Source: Antedon mediterranea
Taxonomy: Eukaryota; Animalia; Echinodermata
Reading direction: 5' to 3'
Assembly: GCF_964355755.1 (NCBI RefSeq)
Contig: NC_092673.1
Coordinates: 25,541,648 to 25,605,647 of the forward strand
DNA length: 64,000 nt
The number at the start of each line of letters is the position of its first letter. Position 1 is the first letter of the stretch. The notes under the pieces are model-generated. The model was not told where the DNA came from, searched no databases, and was given only the letters and a program-made list of their open reading frames with translations. Below are positions 11,833 through 26,071 of the stretch, one piece after another. Made by a program: the position numbers and the translations under genes.

Positions 11833-13309
11833 AAGCGGTATTCACATCCATTCTAAGGGTGCATTGCCAATTCGCTGTTATTAAGTCTTTACTTACATCC
11901 GCGTCGTTAACTCCGGTATAAAGCTAGTTTCACACTGAGCATATAGCGTCCGGTTGCCGGATAAAAACGCATAAAAAGGTATATGTAGTGTTTAAATATA
12001 GAACCGTTCATACATTGTAAAAATAGTGTTTAGCCATAAACATGTATAGGCCTAGATATAAACATGTTTAGGTTCAAACATGTAACTATGTGTTTAAAAG
12101 CTAAATGTGTGGAAAAGTGGGTACAACATAGATGTTTAAAATCCAATATGTTTACAGTGTAATCATGTCTGATAACGTACAAAGCGTAGGCTACGTGTCT
12201 TAACAAACCGCCCGAACAAAATTCAGGGGTTTTGTCGGACATATACGTGTGAAACGTATTGAAACACATTACAGAAAAAAAATGTTGAACAGCTTTTTAC
12301 AAACCCCATGAATGCAGTATTGACAGTGTTTGCCACATCACGGTGTATTTCTATTATTGTGTCATTTCACTTAATTGTTGTTCGGGTGTTGACACCTCAA
12401 TATAATATTGACTCAACCTAATATGCTTGTCGTGCAGTTTGTTTTGAATTCAAATGTTTCTTTCATTGTCATTATATTTAGATTGTAGTATTTATTGTGG
12501 AGATATATAACTAACACACAATTATGAATTCTGTTAACGGTACGAAGAATCAATATCAGGCCTAGGCCTCTTGAAAACAAAACCTCAGGTACTGCTAGCT
12601 GTACTTGAAGCCTTGAGAACATAATTATAAATACAGAAATATTAATTTGAAAGTACGGTGGAGGGAATATAATAGTGATATTCTAATGATGAAACTTCTG
12701 AGGATGATGACAATTACGATAAGAGTCCTGACAAAATTAAACTAATTACAGAAGCAACTGACGCAATGATAATGATACTGGTGATGAAAACGATGATTGT
12801 AATGATGACGAAAATAATGACGCAATGATAATGATACTGATGATGAAAACGATGTTTGCAATGATGACGAAAATGACGCAATGATAATGATACTGGTGAT
12901 GAAAACGATGATTGTAATGATGACGAAAATAATGACGCAATGATAATGATACTGATGATGAAAACGATGTTTGCAATGATGACGAAAATGACGCAATGAT
13001 AATGATACTGGTGATGAAAACGATGATTGTAATGATGACGAAAATAATGACGCAATGATAATGATACTGATGATGAAAACGATGTTTGCAATGATGACGA
13101 AAATGACGCAATGATAATGATACTGGTGATGAAAACGATGATTGTAATGATGACGAAAATAATGACGCAATGATAATGATACTGATGATAAAAACGATGT
13201 TTGCAATGATGACGAAAATGACGCAATGATAACGATAGTGTGGTGATGAAAACGATGATTGTAATGATGACGAAAATGACGCAATGATAATGATACTGGT
13301 TATCAAAAC

Positions 13310-13539
13310 TTACTTACTTGTTACTTGTTTGCATAGCTATATCCCCATTATTGGGGAAATTTCGCCGTCATTGACATTATGTTGACATAGCACAACAATG
13401 AGAGACGTTAATTTTGATGAGAAGGTCATGGAACACTAATTAATTTTAAAAACAACTAAAAACCTGGGACCTGTAACCCTTGGTAGGGACCCTGACGGGT
13501 ACTCTCCCTCCGGGTCAAAGGGATCCCGAAACTCATCGG
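13310..13539 (-). mobile_element. Short non-autonomous retroposon-like insert, copy 1
   Basis: Minus strand: GC-rich hairpin head (gggaccctgac...gtcaaagggatccc on plus), a TCCCCA/TGGGGA stem-loop and a (TAAG)n-like tail. It interrupts a minisatellite unit. Confidence 0.5.
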
Positions 13540-13996
13540 TGATTGTAATGATGACGAAAATGACGCAATGATAATGATACTGGTGATGAAAACGATGATT
13601 GTAATGATGACGAAAATAATGACGCAATGATAATGATACTGATGATGAAAACGATGTTTGCAATGATGACGAAAATGACGCAATGATAATGATACTGGTG
13701 ATGAAAACGATGATTGTAATGATGACGAAAATAATGACGCAATGATAATGATACTGATGATGAAAACGATGTTTGCAATGATGACGAAAATGACGCAATG
13801 ATAATGATACTGGTGATGAAAACGATGATTGTAATGATGACGAAAATAATGACGCAATGATAATGATACCGATGATAAAAACGATGTTTGCAATGATGAC
13901 GAAAATGACGCAATGATAACGATAGTGTGGTAATGAAAACGATGATTGTAATGATGACGAAAATGACGCAATGATAATGATACTGGTTATCAAAAC

Positions 13997-14226
13997 TTAC
14001 TTACTTGTTACTTGTTTGCATAGCTATATCCCCATTATTGGGGAAATTTCGCCGTCATTGACATTATGTTGACATAGCACAACAATGAGAGACGTTAATT
14101 TTGATGAGAAGGTCATGGAACACTAATTAATTTTAAAAACAACTAAAAACCTGGGACCTGTAACCCTTGGTAGGGACCCTGACGGGTACTCTCCCTCCGG
14201 GTCAAAGGGATCCCGAAACTCATCGG
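13997..14226 (-). mobile_element. Short non-autonomous retroposon-like insert, copy 2 (from tandem duplication)
   Basis: Appears identical to 13310-13539, including both junctions. Confidence 0.5.
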
Positions 14227-14631
14227 TGATTGTAATGATGACGAAAATGACGCAATGATAATGATACTGGTGATGAAAACGATGATTGTAATGATGACGA
14301 AAATGACGCAATGATAATGATACTGGTGATGAAAACGATGATTGTAATGATGACGAAAATAACGCAATGATAACGATACTGGTGATAAAAACGAGGATTG
14401 TAATGATGACGAAAATGACGCAATGATAATGATACTGGTGATGAAAACGATGATTGCAATGATGACGAAAATAATGACGCAATGATAACGATAGTGTGGT
14501 GATGAAAATGATGATTGTAATGATGACGAAAATAATGACGCAATGATAATGATACTGGTGAGGAAAACGATGATTGTAATGATGACGAAAATAACGCAGG
14601 TAATATAAAATTATGATAAGCGTGATGATGA

Positions 14632-14860
14632 CTAAGTAAATTATATAATTCTCTTTTAGTTATTGATGTGGCCTTCATATTTTTTCAGATTCATTGAATC
14701 AGTTTAAGAATAAAGTGTTAAGTTTATTATGATTTTCAAATGCTACCTTTTTATCTTTTTGGCATTTTTCCATGTATTTGTATCCGTTTTGTGTTTACCC
14801 TCTTGTTATTGGCGAATTTCTTTTGCTGGTTGTGTTTGAAAATAAAATAAATAAATAAAA
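14632..14860 (+). mobile_element. 5'-truncated CR1-group LINE 3' end with 7-bp TSD
   Basis: ATGATGA (14625-14631) and ATGATGA (14861-14867) flank the insert. It ends in an (AAAT)n tail and starts with a KLYNSL...SLNQFKNKV-like ORF2 end. Confidence 0.6.
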
Positions 14861-15447
14861 ATGATGAAAATAATCAAAGTGGTCATAGTCACAAAATACA
14901 GTGAATTACGAAAATGCCGGCGATGACGTTGTAAAGTGATAATGAGTAACTGCTGATTATTTCTAAAATATAATAATTTTAATAAATATACAAACGTATT
15001 GCATTATCTATGTAAGTATGCCTGAGCGATTAAAGAATTAGGTTGAGGTGTTTTACATTAGTAATGCAAACATCACATGATTAGTTCAACGAGTCTTCAA
15101 TAAAGTACTTTTGCATGTCACATAATAATGCACTTGAAGGTTTAATATAGCATGTACTACTAAACGCAGTGGTCAATATAACACGATTAGTATATCGAGT
15201 GGAATTACCTCAATCTGTCAACATACGTAATTCACCTTGCTAAATGCGATATGAGTATATTCATTCGGACACAGAAGCTAGCTTTAGTGATATTGTGTTG
15301 GTTTGTCGGTTAGTCCTAATTTGTAGACGCAGTGTTTTTTTATGCAACCGGAACACTAAGTTAGCCTACACAGACAACGCTTAGCTGTCAACGCTGAGGA
15401 GTCAACGCAAGTCAACGTTGTCAACGCAAGGACGTAACGCAACGTAA

Positions 15448-15626
15448 AGCGTGGTTCCCACTAGTGACGCAACGCAAGGACGTAACGCAACGCAAGTGAA
15501 TTGACCAATCACAAGCGATGGCTTATTCGCTTGTGATTGCTAACTGTCTATAACTTCGCTTGTCATTGGTTAAAACGCTTGCGTTGCGTTTACGTCCTTG
15601 CGTTGCGTTCTAGTGGGAACCACGCT
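15448..15626. mobile_element. Young 179-bp Harbinger-like MITE (family A) nested in an older relative (~15414-15741)
   Basis: TIR AGCGTGGTTCCCACTAG ... CTAGTGGGAACCACGCT with TWA flanks; near-identical to 24454-24632, 25891-26071 and 33479-33658. Confidence 0.9.
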
Positions 15627-16771
15627 TTAGTGATTTGAAACAATCACAAGCGATAGATTATTAGAACAATGACTTCTCGTTGGTCAACTCCCTTGCGTTG
15701 CGCGTACGTCCTTGCGCTGCGTCTCTAGTGGGAACCAAGCTTTACCTGTTGTCGCCTACGATGTAATACCGAAATTTGACATTATTTTGTATGCGTTAGT
15801 GTTAGTTCTGGCATGTCCACTTATAATTAAATACAGTGGTCAATATATGTGACACGGACGGTTTCAGTATATTCAATTATTAATAACGATAATCGAGTTT
15901 TTTGTTGTTGATTTGTCGGCATACTCAATACCTGCAGTAGACTCCTCAATAACAGATACGACAGCGAAGATAATATAATATAACGATATATAATAAACAG
16001 TAATGTCAATAGGTCTGGATAATCTATAAATATAAGCAGAAATCGAATACAAGAAAACAAGTTGTCTATTTTAGGAGACTCTATTCCGACTGACTACACA
16101 ACGTACGTGGACAGATAACAATATGAAAAATTCTAATGCAAATATTGTCATCTAATAATAGTTCATTATAATATCTAAACTGTATTCTGAATAAAACTGT
16201 TTGAATTAGATGACAAGCGCTTTAGTAAATAACTTGTATATGTTAAAAGAATATTGCACTAACTGACTGACTGGCCCACACCCTCTAGTCTCACACACCC
16301 CTGCAATCATTCTTCCTGGTGTCGTGGCTGATTCGACAATATATAATTAAACAACAGACTTAACTATACATTTTTACCGAATAATATACTCGACCATTTT
16401 GTATGAAAACTCAGCTAAACCAAGTGGAACCCTGACGAAAAAGTGACTAATTAAAGATGTTTTCCACATTACGTGGGTAACGAGTTAAAAGTGGTTTTGC
16501 TCGCCTTGTAATAATAATATAATTAGCGTCATCCCCTTTCGATAATATCGTATACTTTTCATTGGCGTACAATATAATAGAGCCTTTCTTTCTATGAGCA
16601 TAATAATGTTGGTGCAATTTTATTAAACACACCGTGGTATGATGATACGCACACATGCTCACCAGGCTGCAACAAGCTATACAAACTAAATGCGATCAAT
16701 AGTCTTTGTCAATGATCTCCACATAGTGTGAATTAATTCAGTTTTAGCACACCAAATCAAGTGTAACTTAC

Positions 16772-16841
16772 CCGAGTTATATCACATTCAGTTCACCGAT
16801 GAAACGTTAATTCCAAAGGGTGCTGGGCCTAGCAGAACAAC
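16772..16841 (-). other. Candidate 70-nt non-coding 5' UTR exon
   Basis: tgtttatctcattttacAG|gttgtt...actcgg|GTAAGT; stops in all three frames; same strand as the receptor. Confidence 0.55.
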
Positions 16842-19800
16842 CTGTAAAATGAGATAAACATTACGTTTGAAGACGACGATGATGACATTACACGTACGCA
16901 ACTTGTTTGAAGACTAAATGACGACCCTATTAATTAAACTAGCTCAAATTCGGTACGGTAGCTCAGTCAGATCAATATTTATATCAATGGTGACTTCTGT
17001 TCAACCATAGTATATGAGCACACGATAGCGTGTGAATAGCTGCCTAGATAAACGACTTGCGCGTGTCTGGTTAATCTGTTTGTGAGTTCGAATAATAACA
17101 ACAAGCGGATTCACACGTATTTTAAAGGCTCAAAGTTATTATGACCTTGCATATAATTATTAGTACTGTATTGTCAATGCACTATTTATATCCATGGTCA
17201 CGACAACCGTGATTAGTCGAGTAGAGAAATAAGAGAGAACGGGAATTCAGTTTTATATGTTTAAAGAAAATAGTGGGAGGTAAATTACCATGTCACATGT
17301 CACATTAAAGAACAAATACATTGATTTTACAGTACGGCAGTGTCAAATGCGGATTCTATGGGGTAATACTCGCCTACAAATCACACAATCATCATCAACT
17401 CTTAGGCCTAAATTACAATACAATTTCGCGAAGGCCCTGAAGCCACAAGCCAACCCTTGTTCTGGGGTTTCCCGGGTCATTTTGGGCGTGCTCCCCGTGA
17501 CTGAGATTGGGTTTACATATCGCTACGTCACAAACTATATTTATCATTGAAACCTCATACAACAGTAATACTCAATACCTCGAAATTACTATAAAGAATT
17601 TCTAAATTACCTGAAACTACCTGAACTATTTTTAAATTCCTAAGAACAATTTATTTGTCTAACCATTTCATGATTTAGTTGCATTACAACAATATATTAT
17701 ATTTAAAACATGTTCAATCTAATACATTATTAATATGCATACCGTATGCTCATTCAAGGACAGGATTCAATACAATATGTTTCCTTTAGTGTTCCTTTTC
17801 TGGAAAATGATTTAAAAATAGTAAACGAAAAGTTTTCCTAATTAAACACGGATATATTATTGTTATTATATAACTTGTTGGTATTAAAACAACAAACTAA
17901 AAAAGAATATATTATTGTTATATTATTTTATGATGATCAATAACTGCAGCGTACCGTATGTGGATTTAGTGTACCGCTCTCTGATAGCGGACATGCCTGT
18001 TGAATTGTAATGATATTTGTAAATTATAGGCCTATTTGAAATTTCTATCTTATCCACGAACACAATACGTTTATACATAAAACAAAATTTATTATTTTTA
18101 TATGCAATTATTATCTGTATTTAAAATGAAGATGATTAACCCTCCATTGGGACATCCGGGCCTTTTTCAGAGGATACCCCTCTAGCGTATACTGTAGGCC
18201 TAACGCCTACTGACAAACAAATAATTACATTGACGGAAATTCATATTTAAACTTTAAGTTAGTTGAAGACCACCATAATGAAACTCTGCCAAGGAGACGC
18301 CGAGACGACGACATTGCCAGTATAGAAACAAAAACTAAATCCTGAATGCCTTTAAACTAAAAATAGAAAATCATATTGATACCTTACTTCTGGTGATTAA
18401 TTTTCTATATACAATCTATATATAATGCATCGACATACACTTTCATGTTTCATCTACATTATTTCAATGTTTTATTTTCAGTTCCTCTAGCGTATTAATT
18501 AAAAGGGTGCATTATTTTTGGCGCGGCAACAAACCAAAAATGGTTTTATATTAAATTAGTTAAGAATTTTATTCTCGAAGATGGATTCATTTCCACACTT
18601 TAAAAAAAACTATATTAATAAAAGTAGGCAGGAGAAAATATTCGAAAGTAAAGAGGTTTAATAATTTTACCAAATCTAAAATTTTTACGTGATATAAAAA
18701 AAGAATGAATGAGATTTCCACAAAAAAACACAACTTTTAACTAGTTGTTTATAAACACATCTATTATCTTTTTAATATTAAAAAATGCCTAAATTTATAG
18801 TTTTTGCATGTATTGTAGGCTATTGCGTTACAAACATAACACGGTTTATAGGTTAGATCGAGTCGATCAATATCTAGTCGTAGCAGGTGAAAAAAATGAA
18901 TCGCCTTTGAAATACAGTACACGATTGATGAGGCGGTGGTCAGCAGGTTGAAAAAGAAAAGACATAATTCTTTTATATTAAACAGCAATGTTATTGTCTG
19001 AAAACATGTTGTTATATACTAAGTGCGCGCACGGCGCAGTAGCCCCTAATTAACGGAAAGACCGCAGTGGAAAGGAAGTATACCGTGAATGACCTAATAC
19101 ATACATTTTGCCTCCAGGCGTACATGCATAGAATCTCCTAACTCTTAAAATTGATATCGATTTATATGATAGGCTATGGAAGGATTATTTAACATTACAA
19201 CTATCTAGGCTTGCCTAAAGCTTTGAATAGCTTTCTGTTTCAACCAATCACACGCCAAAACTAAATAAAAAGTCTAAACTTTTTGTTTTGATTATACGGT
19301 TAAAAAACGTTTACGCTATAAAGAAAATATGACACGCATTAAGCGCAATAATCGTCAGACACAGATTAACAATGATACAACTTAAATGTACATTTCTAAA
19401 TGCCTTGTTTTATTATTCTACAAAACAGATTCGTTGATAAATTACTAATATAAAATGTTTGTCTAGTTGTATAATACATTGAAGTGATTTTAAAGTGAAT
19501 AACAATAAAATTAACTTAATTTTTATTTGTTTACTCAAAACTTCAGACCTCTATTTTCCTAGTTCAAAAGCTTGTCTCATTAGAGCCCCTACAATACAAA
19601 ATTGTATAACACATGAACAGAAATATCTTTTAGATAAAGCATGAATGATTCCACCGAACTTTCGAGTTAAAATAACGATAGTGAGGCATTTAGACAAACT
19701 GCCTTAAAATGTGATATGTTTCGAGAAACTATTCTCATCATCAAAACAGAAAACAACGCCTAGTACATATAGAACTATACCAATAGTACAGGTTGTATGT

Positions 19801-20186
19801 AAATGAGGAAAGAAATATCTTTCCTTTTCCATTGTTTCTTTATTGTTTTTATAATGTTTTAAATTGAATTTAGAACAACAAAATAAAGTTACTTACTATA
19901 CATAAAGACTGTAAATAAATATGACAGATTAATAATTGTGATAAACTATTGGTTGTCTGCCGCTATATTAGTTTAATCGATCCGTTATACGGTTCCCGCG
20001 ACCTTATGTTTTGCTATGATAGTGTGAATTCCGATAAAGTACCATTGCAATTCAGGTCGCTACGACTTCGGGTTCACTCGGCAAATCTAAATAATTTGAT
20101 TTCATTAAGCAGCCAATATGATCGAATACTCGAATTCTGCGAATGCTCATCCCTATAGTTCTAAAACCAATATTGAATTATCGATA

Positions 20187-20480
20187 TCATTATTAGGCCT
20201 ACTCATCAGTTAAGTGTGTATGCTACGGTAACTGGTCATTATTAGGCCTTACTCACCAGGTAAGTGTGTATGCTACGGTAACTGATCATTATTAGGCCTA
20301 CTCACCAGGTAAGTGTGTATATGCTACGGTAACTGATCATTATTAGGCCTACTCACCAGGTAAGTGTGTATATGCTACGGTAACTGATCATTATTAGGCC
20401 TACTCCCCAGGTAAGTTTGTATGCTACGGTAACTGATCATTATTAGGCCTACTCACCAGGTAAGTGTGTATGCCACGGTA
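20187..20480. repeat. Tandem repeat, 49-51 bp unit, ~6 copies
   Basis: Unit tcattattaggcctactcaccaggtaagtgtgta(ta)tgctacggtaactga. Confidence 0.95.
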
Positions 20481-23400
20481 GTCTTCATTTCCTGGTATGA
20501 ATTTCGTATTGTTATTAAGGTTAGGTTTGTGGTACAAAAGGGAAATAAAGTTGAGAATGTTTTGACGTATAAAGTTGAGAATGTTTACGGCGGTTGTTGT
20601 AAGCCTAGCTACCTTCGATAAACCAATGATACTCATTTCTCAAAATTTATCAAACACGATCATTGGACACAGTGCATAGTTATTTTTATACCGATTTAGT
20701 GTAAAATACATTTATAATTTATAACCATTGTCTTTTTCCATATTATCATTATACATAATCAAAACGATTCAGTCACTATATAGAATACTTTGGATCATAA
20801 AGGATTTAAGAATAATGTTTTTTAACGCAAAAATAATATGGTGTCACAATTTAAATGTCATTGCTTGGTTTGTAGGCTACTCTCTGTCGGCCAAATATCC
20901 TTTCGGCTAAATGTCTGTCGACGAAATGGCATTCGGCAAAATGTCCGAATACCTCTTTTTCGAGTTACGCTCTTCACAAAATCTTTAACAAATGTCTATA
21001 TTTAGGCTGAATAATAAATCGTCGTTCACATATTTGAAGCATTTGTATAATATGAAGCAACATACGGGTAACCGTTCAATATTTCTCGCTAATATAAATT
21101 CTTTTCAACGAAATTACTATGATGTTTTAACGAGGATAGCGGTTAGAATTTATCAATGTATGCATACTGAATTCATAGAACAAGACGATACGTGTATACA
21201 GTATTATAAGTGTGAGAAACACAAAACTGCCAAGTTTATACAAGGTAGGCACTTATGCACGAGGGCCACTATCGATTCGAAGATCCCACCACCTTCGTAA
21301 AGATGAGGGCGTGCCAACCCGTGAACCAAGTTGAGTTAACGTCCAAACAAATATATTAAACATTGTCATTAAAAGCGTTCAGAATCAAAATCTTGATTTA
21401 TATACTATCCTAATTTACAATATTTACAATCTAATATGAGTCTTTCTAAGAATACGTCCTGATCGTCCAGCGCTTACGTTATAAATGCTGTCGTCCATAT
21501 CGCCTGTGTTAAATTCGAAAAAACTAAAACAAAATATAAATTTCAAGATTTGTTTTTTATAAGCAACACCCACCAAACACTGAAACCTCTCTAAAATAAA
21601 AGAAATATGTACAAAAGTCATAAAATGAACATTAGAATCAAATAAATCATATTTGAAGAAATCATATTGACAGTACAACTAAGCCATCTCAAAGACTATT
21701 ACCACAAGCGACTTTATTCGCACGAATTGAAAGCGTTGGTTTATGCGCATGCGTATTTATCAATGCAAACACTGTTTCTACATATTGCTTTGGGTATTTT
21801 AGGATTCATTTTAAACGGGTTAGGATAAATATCACATTGTATTTGGTATTTTCCTATGATACTATATTATGGCATTTGTCTAGATACACCAGAAAACCAT
21901 CACATAAGAAAACAATTATAAAAATAAAAACTACGACAGACTAAAAAGAGGGTTTAAACCTGTCCGTTGACTCTTAACAAAACAATCTCTGGGGTGTTTC
22001 TTTAAATCCTTTCTTTTCTCGGTACACTATAAGCAAAACCATTAAACTGTGTAAAATTACAATAATGGCCCGTTACTCAATAACCTATGGGTGTTAACCA
22101 TAAAATGATATTTAATACATCTCAGTTGAAACATCCTAGTTATTGTTATTATAATTAATTGACAATTATCGTTTCTTCCTCGAATCCATTCAAGTTCCAA
22201 GTCAACAGCGTTTCATTCCTATTCATAGCTAGATCCGGGTTAACTTTTTGTCACAAACACCCCCACGACTTATTTACATTGTCGTACAAGTTCTAGCTCA
22301 GTGGCTGCTCGATTCATGGCAAATGCATAACAATGTGTGTTTTCTATTACAATAGAGGTTACAAAACAGGTCATTGCTATAATAATTAAGGTTTAACATA
22401 CTACAGAGCATCGCCGTCCTCCTCAAATTGAAATAAACAATTTATTTTGCTTAAATTCAGCTCACTTTTCTCTGGTTTAAACAATGGTAAAGTTTAGTCT
22501 GACGTGACGTAAACAAAATGTGTGACAATATTAAAGCCTCATACACAATAATTGACTTTTCACTTACAATTCTGAAATGTTTATTGGAATGAAATTATAA
22601 CAGTTCATAATAGTTAGAAAGTGACACCCCTGTCAGAAAATGGTAGATTCTCACGCGTGTTGTAAACAAGCGTAGTTAAATAAAATCTAGATACATGCCT
22701 AATAATTGGCAATATTCTTGAGTTAAATTGCATACAATAACTAATGCTTTTATTATGTTGTAAATTTAAATCATTTTAATGATAATAAGCCATAAGGCAT
22801 GGTCTTCGTAAATAATAATAATGATATGCAACAGTGTGCAATATTAATATTTATTTTACCTCAGTCCTAAGAAGTCAAAGTAGTAACGTATATATTTCGG
22901 TAGCCCTATTATGACCCAGAATAAATGTGATGTGCCCAAATATGGTAATGATATGACATCATCGTGTCCATTTATGGGCACATCACACATAATCACATAA
23001 CGTTCGATAGTGTAGACAGAGCTTAAAATATCTTTTCATTTCAGTTTTATTTGATTTATATTTGGAAAATCGCTTAAAATAATATTTCAGTTATTGATAT
23101 TCTTATTAAAAAAAAAAGAAATTTCAACAAGAATGTCCAGAATATGCTCCAAAGGCTTATGAGCTTATTTCACTCGGTTCGTCTGTTGTTTGAAGAAGAC
23201 AATCCTCCTTATTAGAGATGCAAGCAAGCGAACTTAAAGAATCATTAAAATTAAATCAGAGACCATAAATCTACACCGAGCACTTTACATTTGATTAAAA
23301 AAATGTGATTCTCACTCATGGATGAGTAGAGTAACAATATTATGCGTCCCGTAAGGTCTGAAAATACTATCACATACAATAATGCATGTAAATAGGCCTA

Positions 23401-23684
23401 TTCAATACGGCGTATAATTTTTAAATTATCTATCCGTCTAGCAGTCTGTTGCAAAATAATAACAGCATAGTGTTGAATTAATGTACAAATGAATTTATCG
23501 GCTCTGATCGATAAAGTCAGTCTATGCTACATTAAACCTAAGCTACCTCGACCTAGTTATGAATTATTTCTGGTGATATTAAATATTTAAACATTTGTAA
23601 CTATATTACAAACAAATCACGATTTTGTCAACAGTTTTCCTTCCTAAATAGGTCTGCAAACTTCAGATTACCGAGGACGATAGT

Positions 23685-24088
23685 GTATCATAGTGTCGTC
23701 ATTATTTTCATTATCACAATCATTGCTATCATAATCGATATAATCATCCCCTTTATTTTCACCACCACCACCACCATCATCATCAATATCAATAACAATA
23801 GAATCACTGTAGTCATTATCATATCACACATCGTCACCTACACTATCCTTTATTATCTGACACTGAAGTTCTTCTTTGTGAACATCAATGTATAACCTGC
23901 ACCATCAAACACATGTACCATTATCTTCATCTTTATGAATATCAATATAACCGCCACCATGGTTTGATGCACATTGCAATCTTTACCAAACATCCTCACA
24001 AACAACAGCACCATCATCATTATCAGTATCTTCAAATTATTATCAGCAATACAATAAGCCTTTTCATCGTCTTCCATCACTGTCATCA
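23685..24088. repeat. Degenerate (CAT/CAC)n low-complexity tract
   Basis: Rich in atcatc/accacc; it resumes at ~24820-24960 after the MITE insertions. Confidence 0.7.
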
Positions 24089-24091
24089 TAA

Positions 24092-24297
24092 AGCGTCATG
24101 GTTCCCACGCAACGTAACGCAACGCTACGACGTATTGACGCAAAGTGCTGTATTGCGCAATCACACAAGTGGGAACCGACGACGCATCAGTGGTGAAAAC
24201 ATCGCAAGGCGGGGCGGGGGCAAACACAATTATCGGAAAGGCATTTTCTATCGTTGCGTATATTGCGTTACGTTGCGTCGCTAGTGGGAACCAATCT
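24092..24297. mobile_element. Harbinger-like MITE family B (~205 bp), uninterrupted copy
   Basis: TGGTTCCCAC / CTAGTGGGAACCA ends; the body is the reverse complement of the host part of 24414-24802. Confidence 0.8.
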
Positions 24298-24413
24298 TAC
24301 ACTGATCATCTGCGTAGACACACCCTATTTTCATAGAGATAAACCTCCGCCCTTTTTTTCACTCAAGCTACTGTGAGTTCTGCTCATCTGCGAGACTACA
24401 GAATGCTGCCTTA

Positions 24414-24802
24414 AGCTTGGTTCTCACTAGCGACGCAACGTAACGCAACCTAAAGCGTGGTTCCCACTAGCGACGCAAAACAAGGACGTAACGCAACGCA
24501 AGTGAATTGACCAATCACAAGTGATGGCTTATTCGCTTGTGATTGCTAACTGTCTATAACTTCGCTTGTCATTGGTTAAAACGCTTGCGTTGCGTTTACG
24601 TCCTTGCGTTACGTTCTAGTGGGAACCAAGCTTACGCAACATAAGCAAATGCCCTTCCAATAATTGTGTTTGCCCCCGCCTGGGTGAAATCAAACCTGCG
24701 ATGTTTGCAGCACTATTGCGTCGTCGGTTCCCACTTGTGATTACGCAATACATCACTTTGCGTCAATACGTCGTTGCGTTGCGTTCTAGTGGAAACCTCG
24801 CT
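24414..24802. mobile_element. MITE family B with a family A MITE nested at 24454-24632
   Basis: Outer ends AGCTTGGTTCTCACTAG ... CTAGTGGAAACCTCGCT. The inner 179-bp family A copy sits in the host sequence aaccTAcgcaac (uninterrupted form near 29266). Confidence 0.85.
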
Positions 24803-25890
24803 TAACAAAGCGATTACAATGATACCACTACGTCATCACTTTATGATAGTTCATGTATTGTCTACATATAGATACCACAATCATCATCATTAAAAGCATC
24901 GTCACCATAATAAATCATCATGACTGAACCACTGCTAGCACCACCATTTATACGATACGATAGTAATTATTGTCATTTTCTACAAATGAAATTTGGTTGG
25001 TTGATTTACATTTGAAATGAATACAATAACAAAGAAACTACATAGAGCTAACAAACTTGCTATTAAGTACATGATTAGAATTATAAACGATGATCGTCGG
25101 CAACGTTTAGTGTTTTAATTCACAGTTTGGCTAAGCTTAAAACATTTATTTAGAGGGTGATCGAGATAAGTATCAACATCGCCATCACATGAACTAAATC
25201 AATAACCATATTGTAAACTAAAATACGTCATGCGTTATTATAGTTCGTTCACCATTTACGTATCTCAATTGCCGAAATATGTCTGCAAGGAACTTGTGGT
25301 TAATAAATTAATGTGTTGCAAATACACCGCCAAACACGCAATTGTTCTTGTTAAATGCCTTCGGTGTTGTAGTTAATGTTATACAACTGACTGTGTACTG
25401 GCAATTAGTAAGCCGCTATTGTTAATTTCTTATCGAATGAACTTTCAGTTTTCATTAAATGCTATAATAATTGGCTTACTATTTTTAGTAGAAAGAGAAG
25501 TAAAGAAATAGCAAAATATTTTTTATAGATGATGAGATGCATTACACTGTCAGATTCGTTTGGTATATAATTATGTGACTCACTGAGGAAAGTCTATGTG
25601 CCAGAGATTCAGCGCACGTCCCATTGGACGCAACGCAAGGATGAAGCGCAACGTACAGATTGGTACTGGTACATTCTAGAACGCAACCCAAGTGAGTTGA
25701 CCAATCATAACCCACATTCCCAACGATCCACTGGCTCGTGATTGGTCAAAATTATACTTGCGTTACGCTAAATTTTCTTGTGTTTAAATGTGAACCAAGC
25801 TTAAGTAGGCCTAATTTGACCAATCACCAGCGACAATTTGGATGATCTATCGCGTCGTTATTGGTCAAATTACGTTGCGCCTGCGTCTTA

Positions 25891-26071
25891 AGCTTGGTTC
25901 CCACTAGAACGTAACGCAAGGACGTAAACGCAACGCAAGCGTTTTAACCAATGGCAATTGCTAAGTTATAGACGCTTAGCAACCACAAGCGAATAAGCCA
26001 TCGCTTGTGATTGGTCAATTCACTTGCGTTGCGTTACGTCCTTGCGTTGCGTCGCTAGTGGGAACCACGCT
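25891..26071. mobile_element. Family A MITE, opposite orientation, inside older related elements (~25612-26101)
   Basis: TTA|AGCTTGGTTCCCACTAG...CTAGTGGGAACCACGCT|TTA, a perfect 3-bp TSD. Confidence 0.9.

Larger units (their letters stand above)
12758..14598. repeat. (ATG)n-derived minisatellite (alternating ~66/60 bp subunits) containing a 687-bp higher-order duplication
   Basis: Units of tgacgcaatgataatgatactg(g/a)tgatgaaaacgatg... form three arrays separated by two apparently identical 230-bp unique blocks 687 bp apart. Confidence 0.95.

Noticed and set aside
12837-12852. Hammerhead-like CTGATGA...GAAA in the minisatellite
   Set aside because: Only one base separates CUGAUGA and GAAA, so there is no stem II, and no stems I/III; it is a by-product of ATG repeats.
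13465-13539. Possible HDV-like ribozyme in the GC-rich head of the insert
   Set aside because: I could build a hairpin but not the nested P1/P1.1/P2/P3 pseudoknot on either strand.
12714-14678. Long His/Ser/Ile-rich ORFs in all three minus frames
   Set aside because: They arise from a (CAT)n-derived minisatellite that has no stops on that strand; the same peptides cycle through all frames.
20180-20210. Minus-strand CTGATGAG at the start of the 50-bp array as a hammerhead core
   Set aside because: No downstream GAAA with a closing stem, and the other units have CTGGTGAG or CTGGGGAG instead.
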